NCBI RefSeq assembly: GCF_035594765.1
Contig: NC_085841.1
Coordinates: 211,862,155-211,926,154 of the forward strand
Length of the DNA stretch: 64,000 nucleotides
DNA from: Anolis carolinensis
Taxonomy: Eukaryota
Direction of reading: 5' to 3'
Shown: positions 12,301 through 23,800 of the stretch, piece after piece
Numbering within the stretch: position 1 is the first letter of the stretch
Layout of the letters: each line of letters begins with the position of its first letter
Notes under the pieces: model-generated
What the model saw: the letters and a program-made list of their open reading frames with translations, nothing else
Told to the model about the DNA's origin: nothing
Database searches by the model: none
Program-made: the position numbers and the translations under genes

Positions 12301-15300
12301 GCTACATAGAAAAACTGCTGGAAACATGTCATTTATGTGTTTATTTTAGGTTAATGGAAACTGCTCTTCTTATGTCAGATGAACTTGACCACCTCCAGGT
12401 ATTAGCAGTGGCAGAAACGATGCAAGAAATGGATTGCAGAAATTCACTGTTGATTCAAAAGTAAGCCTTCAGGATAGTACAACGTCACTATTCTCATTTG
12501 AAAGGTTTTCTTCTTCCTTTGATTATCCAGAATCAGCAAATGAGTCATCTATAACTACTCCTAGTTAAGTATAATTGAAATGGAACATTGGTTATACATC
12601 CATAATGGCATGTTGTTATGTGCCTTCAGATTGCTTTTGATTTGCTGTGACACTGAGGCAATATTTGTTTAAGGGAGGTTTACCATAGCCTTCCTCTGAG
12701 GCTGAGAGTGTGTGAGAGAGGTCATCCAGTGGGCTTCCATAGACAAATAGGGAATGAAACCCTAGTCTTCAGAGTAGCAGTCTAATGCCCAAATCACGAC
12801 ACTATGCTGACTATGCAGTATGTCATAGAACTGATATACATTTATAACGTAGCTCTAAACACATTTACTGGAAGTTAGATCTCTAGATCTTCTAGTTTTT
12901 TGGGGGGTTTTTTGTGTCAGGAGCAACCGGAGTTGCTTCTGGAGTGAGAGAATTGGCCGTCGGCAAGGACGTTGCCCAGGGGACGCCCGGATGTTTTTGA
13001 TGTTTTTACCATCCTTGTGGGAGGCTTCTCTCATGTCCTCGCATGGAGCTGGAGCTGATAGAGGGAGCTCATCCACGCTCTCCCCGGGTGGGACCCTATG
13101 GTCAACATCTGGCAGAGACTGATTACAGATTTTCACTAGATCTAGTGAAAATCTGTAATCAGTTTCTGCCAGATGTTGACCATAGGGTTGTCCCAGAGGA
13201 CCTAGGCATTCTTAGAGAAAGCATAGTAATCAAATCTATGAATAATAATCCCTGCTGAAGTTAAACATGCAAATATGGAAGGGTGATTGTAACCAATTTC
13301 TGTGTGTTTTACAGAAGAATGCTATAGTTTAGCATTCTTCATGAAAATGCATTCAGGAAGCTGAAACACACAGACACAGCCAGTCCAGTACAAAAGGTAG
13401 TTAATAAAATGCAGAGAACAGTGATGCCTAAAAACAACACTGGGGTTCTTGCTATATTTGTTACTTAGTGGGAAAAATAGACATTTACTTTTACATGTAG
13501 TATGATAACATTCAAAAATGCAAATAGCTGATGTGGGGCAAGGGGATGTCTAATCTTTTCATCCAGGGCTTCACAGTCCTGCTTTAAAAGGAAAACTTGT
13601 CTAAAGTTGTGATGAAAGCTACCTTTGCTTTTAGTTCAGGCAAAGTCTGAGGTTTAGCTATCTTTAAAAATGGGTTGCATTTTCTTCCTGCGATTTAGCC
13701 TAACCTATTTTTGATTTCAGGATTGCAGCTCTCCTCCATAAATACCTGCATAAGTACAAACCAATTGAACTGGCAAGAGTCACACAATCCCTAGTTGCAT
13801 TGCGTTGTCCAAATCCTGATCTTTACTCCAAGTTACAAAAGTTATTAGTTGGGTAAGAAGATATATTTTATATATTATACTCTTGAATGTGTGGGCATGA
13901 ATGTGTGTGTACATATATATATTACTGCAAATATATTACCTTACACATTTTTATTAATTGTTTACATATTTATATCCAATTTCCTCAGTAATTAAATCAA
14001 AGATTTTTGAGTCTGGGTTCCTGAACAATCTCCCAATCAGATACTAGGAAAAGTAGACTTGTATTTGATTAAACCTGAAATAAATGATGACTTGGATTTC
14101 CAGACAAAGCATGCCATAGAATTACTCTGAAGGATCCTCCGAAAATGATAACTCATAATGAATTAACATTTACTTTATCAGGAAGTCAATTTAATTTTCG
14201 TAATTTATAAAAAGCTGGATGGATACTTGAATAACTATCTGCTGGGAAAAGAAATTAATTAGATCAAAATAATATATGCTAACTTTGTTTGTGATCTTCT
14301 TTCTCATTTCCCTCTATGAGAGATATGGTGTTGTTTCTGAATACATTCAAATAGACTCATTTGCTATCAATTGAACTTGTTTTCAAGCAAATATAGGCAT
14401 TCCCCAGTTAGCAAAACTTCTGACAAAGACGTTTCTTTTTACAAATTCTTGAATTTCCGGCCAGCCAGCCTTTCCTTCTTTTCCTTTCTCTAGATTAGAA
14501 GCTTTTAGCAGCACTTACTTTGAGAAAGTAGATTATTGCAGCATATCTGTAGTAAAACTTGCAACAAAACTTTAATTGGGAAAGAGTAGGATGCTACTTT
14601 AGTCAATCTTAACTGTAGCTGGTGTACTTTCTTATAACAATACTTTCTTATGACTTCCTTATAAGTAATTCTTCCATCTCTTTTATCAAGATATAAAAGT
14701 AAGATAGAAATAAATATAACAACAACAATAACTGAGCATGAGTGAGCAGCAAAAAAAAAGAGAAAAAGGAAAAGACAGAAAAGCCTGTCCCAGCAGCTAT
14801 CTACAGCAGACTAAAGTAGTATAGAATGGTCTAGCCACCAAAATTGAAATCATAAGAAAAGTGATTACTGGTGAAAGAAAGAAAAATCTTCAGATGGATT
14901 TTGGAAAGAGCTTTCAAATAGTCTCTAGGAAGTTCAAAATCCCTTTGTTTGTTTAAGCAAGGCTCACCTTAATTTGCTGAAACATGTCAAAGTTCCTTTC
15001 TTTGGTGTAGAAAGCTACCCCTTCTCTTTCCATGCTGTTTTTACCTCTGGTATTAAATGTTCTGTTAAGAATTCCCAGCAGCCCATCTGCTTTGTTAATT
15101 GAGATACCTTTATGCATGTGATCTGCTTGAGAAATGTGGTAATGAATATTTGTGGCCCATTGTTTCTTTCTAATTGTTGATGGGTTTGTTTTCCTTTTTA
15201 AATTCCAGATCCTTACAAATTAACGTCATTCCGGCTGATGTTTCTATGCTAACTCGTGTTCTTTCCATGCTTCCTCTTTTCTTCATGGATGACGTTGTAG

Positions 15301-18300
15301 TCGCACGAATCAATGCGATCTTGCCTCAGTGTAACCTGAGTGATTTGAGCTCCTTTGCTGCTGCTGTCATAAAATGGGTTCGACGTGACCAGTCCTGTCA
15401 ACAAAGCCCTTCTGGGCCATATGGGCAACTTTTGCAAAAAATTAACGATTGTGCATTTCAGCGACTTCAGAAAGCCAATAATCTGGACCTTCTATTAGAG
15501 GAATTGAAATATATATCCGGAGAGTGGTTTGAAGAAATGCTTCTGGAAGAAACAATGAGGACTCTTCAGCGTTTGATGGATCAAGTAACATGGACAAATA
15601 TGTTAGAATTTTCATCCTTTATCATAAAAACCAACTACCTCTGCACACCATTATTGGATAAAATAGCTGCCATTTCCATTGAGCACATAGATAGGGTAAT
15701 AATGTATTTTAGTTTTGTCTCTACTGAAAGTGATAGTATAAACAGTGTACAATATGTATTATGTTGAGGATGGGCTGTCACTACCTTTTAAATTAAAAAA
15801 AATGTAATACATTGAGTATTAAAATATCTGGTAAGCTGTGACTTCTCAGAGTCTTGCATGAACCTTGTGCTACTTATTTCATCTGTATTCAGCATTACCA
15901 TGAAAGAACGATGAACAGAGGGCACACAGTGAGCTATCTGAGAGGAGACATGATAGCCTTGTATAAATATGTGAGGGGTAGTCATAGGAAAGAGGGAGCA
16001 AGCTTGTTTTCTGCAGCCCTGGAGACTAGGATGCGGAACAATGGCTTCAAACTATAGGAAATGTAGGAGATTCCACCTGAACATGAGGAAGAACTTCCTA
16101 ACAGTGGCACTCTCTCCCCCGGAGTGTGGTGGAGGCTCCTTCCTTGGAGGCTTTTAAGCAGAGACTGGATGGCCATCTGTCAGGGGTGCTTTGCGATTTT
16201 CCTGCTTCTTGGAAGGGGGTTGAACTGGATGGCCCACGAGGTCTGTTCCAACTCTAGGATTCTATGATTCTATCTTCCTTGCTTTTAAGGTATCAATAAA
16301 TTTGTTGCTGAAAATGAGGCTGACTGATGGTTATGGTAGTCTTAAACTAAGTATCATTGCTTTCTGACTGATTTACAAGCTTGGCAAAATAAGTGATTGG
16401 AACCCTTTCTCCCCTCTCCCCCCACCCAATCTTTCATAGATTTACAATTCAGGAACTTACTCTCTTCTCCTTCCATTTGCGGTTCTGAACTATGATCCTC
16501 CCCAAGGTGAGAAGTTTTTTGAGGCTTGCATTGGACACTTCAACTCTCGCTTAGGTAAGTTCATGAAAAAGAAATTTCCTGAAGGTTAAATTAATGGTAT
16601 ATAAAGAACATAAAGTCNNNNNNNNNNNNNNNNNNNNNNNNNNNNNNNNNNNNNNNNNNNNNNNNNNNNNNNNNNNNNNNNNNNNNNNNNNNNNNNNNNN
16701 NNNNNNNNNNNNNNNNNNNNNNNNNNNNNNNNNNNNNNNNNNNNNNNNNNNNNNNNNNNNNNNNNNACGCGTTGCTGTGGCGAAGTATGGTGGTATGGGA
16801 AATAAAGTATTGAGGAATTGGTGGTAGTTAAGGTAAAGGGTAAAGGTTTTCCCCTGACATTAAGTCCAGTCGTGTCTGGGGGTTGGTGCTCATCTCCATT
16901 TCTAAGCCGAAGAGCTGGTGTTGTCCGTAGATACCTCCAAGGTCAGTTATTTTTGCTCATTTATTTTAATTTTTTGTAATTCCTGGAAGTGGATTGTGGA
17001 TATTTTTGCACTTCTGCTTATAGTCTACACCAAAGATTTGTATTAACTCCTTTGGCTCCAGGAATACATTATGAATGTGTGAGAGTTGTTATTTTCTTGG
17101 CCCATGTTGACTGGAGCCTGCCAGGATCGAGTGCTTGCTCCCTCAAAATGCCAAGGAAAGTAGTATTGTGGTTTATCAGTATAAAAGGGCAGAAAGAAAG
17201 CAATGGCCATTTTAGTAGCACAATCCCATTGGACTGATTTAAGCTACATCACTCCAGTAGATAAAAGCTGCTGCTGACATATATTTGCTTAGAAAACACT
17301 AAAGGAGTAGCAACAGGGCTGGAGAGAGAAATGTCATGAGACTCCACTTTTATTTGGAAAGAGAATAAACATAATAAGCAGACAGAGCCGGCAGAAATTT
17401 GGGAAGAGGGAACAGTTAAGCAGAGTGCATTTTCCAGTCTTCCTATGCCCAAATTTTATATCCTTGCTCTTTATCTTTTCCCTTTCCTTTTCTTCCCCTT
17501 CAATCTCATAAAAATTAAAAAAAGCAAAAAGATGGTTTTTGAAAGGCAGAATGATGTATGTAAATATGTTTATGTTAACATTTCTGATAACGGAATTTGT
17601 GTTTCTGTGGTAAATAGATCTGGTTCCCTGTCTTCTTCTTCTTCAAAAAAAAGCTATTAAGTGCATGCATCAATGTATTTATTTTTCTACAGATTGTTTT
17701 GAGCCTCATCTTCTCGTGCTGCTTGGTTTTGCTTTGGCTCTTGCCGAGTATTTTCCAGAGACTGTGATAAAAGCTATCTTCAATGTTGAATTTCTAGCCA
17801 AACTGGATACCCAGCTTGGAAGTGAGCAGTAATTATTACTTCTATATCGTTTATTTTGGTTGGGTTTTTGCTCTTATTTTTTATTTCTTGTAATGGCATG
17901 GAAGTTCATTTGCAAATGTGTGGGGTTAGAAATTACTATCCTTCACCCACTATATTCCCACTGGGGATTAAGAGTATAAATTTACTCTTGGTCATGTCTC
18001 TTTGTATATTGACTTAGGAATGAGCCCCAGAAGGTCTTGCTTTCAACTTTGCATGCTTATTTATATCTCCTTTCTGTCTTCTCTGAGAAGAAAAAGGAGG
18101 AGAATACATGCCAGTCTTCTGATTTCTGATGAAATCATTTGTCCTTTGCTTCAGTGGCATAATATTTCTCTTTGTTCTTCTCTTTTTCCTTCCCAGAGCA
18201 AAATCATATTAGCAAAAGGAATCAAGATAAATAATACCCCTCTCCTTCCGTGCTGACTCTTTGGGGTGTCAGTAGACAGAAATCCTCAAAATTGCAAACT

Positions 18301-20797
18301 GTCAGAGGTAGAATAAATAACTTACCCTTTGGCAACTGCAAGGATGCTTGGCCCAAATCATATTAAGACTATTGGGACCAGAAATTTGTCTCTATTTTGA
18401 GACTTCACTCTTGTCTTGGCCATTATTAGGTAACATGTTTTTAGCTTCTTGTGATGTACTGTTTGCCTGCAACTGTGCAATACCACCACTTTCTAGACCC
18501 TAGATGGCATAACAGTTTTTACATACATCTCAGAATGAATATTATGCTACTTTTAGCATGTATTAAACTTCATGACTACATATAGTTCTATGGGAAAATG
18601 TTATGTTCAAATGAGGTCTTCCTGCAGTATGCATTTACTCATTTGTTCAAAGAAGCATTGTTGCATGTATTCAAAAAAACACTGTCACTGATTTTCTTTG
18701 AAAATTTCTGGTCTGGTGGTATCAAAGAGAGGTTTTCTATTTGCTAGTATATATATCTGAGCCACCAATGGTTTATCAGGCCAGTTAAAGAGTGTGGTTT
18801 GTAGTTAAGCCGCCCCGAGTCCCCGTTGGGGAGATGGTGGCGGGGTATAAATAAAGTTTTATTATTATTATTATTAAGCCTAAGGAAAAATATTGGGCAT
18901 AAGACTGCTAGCTTCTTTATGTGATTGTGAGTTTTGCCTTGTCTAAAGGGCCATTTGCTTTCTTTTGTACTAATAAATGAGCTGCTGGGCAAAGTGTGCT
19001 CTAAATACTGATGTGGTGTTTGTTTTGCCTCTTTTTATTTGGGCATCAGCCCTACCAGATGCCTTAAACAGGCGAGTCCGCTTACGGCTAATGGAGCTGA
19101 ACCGAGCCGTCTGCTTGGAGTGTCCCGAACTTCAGATCCCGTGGTTTCATGAGCACTACAGTCAGCAACTGCAGAAAAAAAGTAAATGTTTTGAGCTGTT
19201 AAATGCCAGTGACATTGTAGGTGTTACAATTCAATTTTAAATACAGTAGAGTCTCACTTATCCAACACTCGCTTATCCGACGTTCTGGATTATCCAACAC
19301 ATTTTTGTAGTCAATGTTTTCAATATATTGTGATATTTTGGTGCTAAATTCATAAATACAATAATTACAACATAACATTACTGCGTATTGAACTACTTTT
19401 TCTGTAAAATTTGTTGTATAACATGATGTTTTGGTGCTTAATTTGTAAAATCATAACCTAATTTGATGTTTAATAGGCTTTTCCTTAATCCCTCCTTATT
19501 ATCCAACATATTCGCTTATCCAACATTCTGCCTACCCGTTTATGTTGGATAAGTGAGACTCTACTGTAATCATTTGCAGAATCATGTTTATTGCTACTCA
19601 GTTCAAATAAATAGAAACTACACTTGTTGCTTTGTTTGGTAGTGGGCTCCTTGGTTAAACCTGAATATGCGAGGAGCATAAAATGGTCAAAAGTTATGAT
19701 CATTTTTTTAATGTTGTGCTGTGTTTTGTCTTGTTTCCTTCAAGGCAATGGTAACCTCAGTGCATTGCAACAGCAGATTCATAGGTTGCTGGGAGTAATT
19801 TTGGGAGGAAGCCATTTTGCCAAAGTGTCTGTATTCACTCCTTACTGCTATGGAATTGGTGGGTATTCATTCACTGAAAGTGTTTCTTGCTTCAGTGCTC
19901 CTTGGAGAGCTTTCCCTAAACATAAGTACTCACACAATTATCCAAATGTACAGAAACAAGTTAAAGAAAATGTACAATGATAACCCTAAGGACTTAGGAC
20001 TGTTATTTCTTGTTTGAAGATCCTGTGCCATTCATTGAAAACTAGGTTTCTGTGTGCATTTCTGAAGTGTGAAAACCTAGGATGAAATCTAGGTTGTGCC
20101 ATTCCTATCAAGTGAAGTCTTCTATGAGTGGAATGGCAAAGATGTAATTCACCTTTCTCTCCACAACCCTTACACAATCCTCAACATTTGCTCTGGAGGG
20201 GATGGGTTCCTTCCAAGTAAATGTGAAAGAGTGCAGGGTAGAGGAAGGGGAAAAGATAGTTCTCTTCGAAAAATATTAAATGTAGTATGTGATATCTGAA
20301 GAAACACTTGTTGTAACTACTTGGGTGGACTATATAATTGCCATGGACACAAGTGAGAAGGCATTATTACCCTTTTGGTTTTCCATTGTATTCTAGACAG
20401 ATATGCAATGTGCAAATTAATATGCAATTTGCACATTGCATATTAAACTCATACTAGCAGTTACTTCTGATCAATTGGACCTGTTGGTTAAGTCTTCAAT
20501 ATAGCCACAGGGTTCACCCCATTTTTAAGGCTCTCCCCATGATCTTATAGCACCTTAACTTCCTTCATGTTTTACAAGTTTCACCCAGTGCACTTTGCCC
20601 AGTTCATTCTATGATATCATCGCTGTGTTTTAATCTGTGTGTTTTAACCTGTGCTTTATAATGATTGTGATTTTATTTTATGCCCTTTAATCTTATTGTG
20701 TTTTTTTTTTGTATTTTGATACTATTGTATGTTTGTTTTTTATCTGTAAGCCGCCCCAAGTCCCCTTGGGGAGATGGAGGCGGGGTATAAAAATAAA

Positions 20798-20842
<45 letters not shown>

Positions 20843-23800
20843 TCTATATTTACAAATTGTTGAGTGTAGTGTGGTTATGAAGTAAAGCACACAGTTCACA
20901 TTTTTTAAAAAAACATGATTTACTGCAAACTAACCCTCTAATGCTCTGTTTAATGTAAGAATTCTCTTTCCTTTGAAATGGTAGGAATATTTTATCAAAA
21001 ATGGAATATAGTTGGGTCATGATATAATTCAGTATGATATATTTGTGGAGAGAGAGAGATTGTGTGTGCGTGTGTGAGAGAGAAACTAATTGCACATGCT
21101 TCAAGGTGAATGGGTTATTACAGTATAAAAGTTTACACACTTGTTGGCTCTACTGGATTTGCTAGGATTGCAGTCACAAAAGAAATAGGCAGCCTCAAAG
21201 AATGTGTGTAAACACCTTACACTTTTTAAAAGTCTCTTTAATGATATCCTGACCTCAAATGAACCAGTATGTGATCTAGGAGCATATGCAGTTAAAACTT
21301 GGTTCAAATTAAATGTAGAGTACTGTATTTACTTTTGAGATTTGAGACCACTAGGTGCTTTAAAAGAAAATAAGGCAGACATTTGTGTGGAGACATATAT
21401 GCCTATTTTATTGTTTATCTTATTGTTCTGCTGCAGCAGGAATGCCGCATTACAGATTCACTTGCTGTCATGATGTGAAATACCTGCTACACCTGTTAAA
21501 TCAAAACATGTTAAGTTATTGATAATAGTAACAAGTCTTGTCTTTCAGACTTCGAATGTATTCTTGATAAAAACAAGAAGCCTCTTCCATATATGGATCA
21601 GCATGCTGACTTGGAAACTGTGCACTGGGGGCAAGTGGGTCAGTTCTTGGGAAGGCGAGGACTACCCCCAGGAGCTCAGAGGTAGTTGTTGTTGTTACTA
21701 TTGTTCACAAATTACACATTAAACAATTACTAAACTATTTTAAAAATTCAATCCAGTTAAAAATACGAAACTTAAGAAAAAAAACACATCACAATTAAAA
21801 TAACTTTTTCCATGTTTTTATAATAGAACTAATTAGAAAATGGCATTTATATGCCTGGAACAAAAATCGTATTACATAGGGTTCTTATTAGGGATTGCAT
21901 CATTAATTTTTCATTCTGCCTTCTAGGCTCCTTCCACACAGCTGAATAAAATCCCACATTTTCTGCTTTGAGCTGCAATATATGCAGTGTGGACTCAGAT
22001 AACCCAGTTCAAAGCAGATATTGTAGGATTTTCTGCCTTGATATTCTGGGTTATATGGCTGTGTGGAGGGACCCCTAATCTTTCTTTCTTTCTCTATTCA
22101 TGTGTCCATTCTCTCACATGCTTTAGAAATATATATAAAAAACTGAGATGGGTCAGATTGGTAGGGCAGGAATAAAAAAAAACTGGCTAAGAAGGGAGAA
22201 GCGATAACAACTGTAAAAGAAAACAATGCTGTCGGTGCAGGTTGGCACTTGGGGATAACATCTTTTATTGTATATTTGGATGGTGCAAATAGAAAGGGCA
22301 GCACTGTAGCATGCAAGTTTTTTCTTCTCTGTCACACAAAGGAAAACTCCCCACACCACGAAACACACCAGAAGACAACACATAGATGTTTGCTTTTCCA
22401 GCCTGGAATCCTTCACAAGGGATTGCCCTTTCTTCAGGATTGTGCAAGTGAAGTGTTCATTTATTTCAGGCATTTTTACTCTGCCTTTCTCCAGTTTGAC
22501 CCAAGACGGCTTACAACATCGTTAAAACATTATCCTAACATAAACCATTCATAAACAAGACATAAAAGTAATAAAAGCCATACAAATAATTAAAGCTATA
22601 AAAGGTGGTAAAATTGGATTCAATAAAATATATGTAAAATTCCCAAATAACCATAGAAGGACTCAATAAAATCATTTAAAAGCTTTGTTGAACAGAAAAG
22701 TCTTCACACCTTTTCTGAAAAGCATAAAGGGGCTGCTCTGATTTCTTCTAGTAAGAGAAGACAGGGAAAAATCTGCCTGTTCCAAGCAGCTTTTTCCCCC
22801 CAATACCTGCCTGCTATACTTATGATTGTCTTTCTTCTACCATGACAGTTATTCTAGTTTCTGTAGGGTTTTTACATGCAGTATTTCCTCTCCTTTCATA
22901 TTGACATACACCAGCTTTGAAAAAATAAATTTAGGGAATGGAGATCCATTCTACTTCACTTGCCAGATTGTTCTTGTTCCTAGTAAGCAGAAGAATTTCA
23001 GTGACCACTAATCAGAGATAGATAACGGTTCAGCAGAAAATACTATACCTTGTTGTTCATCTAATCTAGTATGCTATATGCCTATTGAGAAAAACAGGGT
23101 TTCCTTCCTACCCATTCTAGATGCATGCAAGTTGGTTTAAACGTGTCTTAATGTGAAATTGCTTTTTGCTTGAGTCTGACTAAGAGAGCTCTCAGTAGGA
23201 CTCTACTACAAGTTACTCTGGAAAGTACACCTTAGGAATTGTGCATACTCCTGAGCCATATTTCAGATGGGAAAAAACTAAGCTTGTTGAAGTATGGAAC
23301 CAAGTTTGTTAATGGAACTGTGAGGTTCTTGAATCAAGGCAAGCTGAAATATAAAATCAAAGTGAAAACTGAAAATAAAGACTGTTGGTTAATTCCCCTA
23401 CATGCACACATTTCGTTATATTTTTGCCACAGAAATAAAATATGTAAACCAGTGAAAAGAGTTGGGGTGGCGTAATGCGTTAAACTCTTGTGTTGGTTGA
23501 ACTGCTGCTGAAGGTTGGGTTGGTGACCTGAAGGCTGCCGTTCGAATCCGTGAGATGGGGTGAGCTCCCATCTGTCAGCTCTAGCTTGCTAGGACATGAG
23601 AGAAGCCTCCTGGCAACACATCCGGGCATCCCCGGGCAACATCTCAGTAGACGGCCAATTCTCTCACACTAGAAGCAACTTGCAGTATGTTCTCACGTCG
23701 CTTCTGCACCCAAAAGTGATTCAAGATAATATATGTAATAACTAAAATCAGACCTTCCTCACATTGACTGTCACCCAAAGAACGTAGAGAATTCAGAGCA

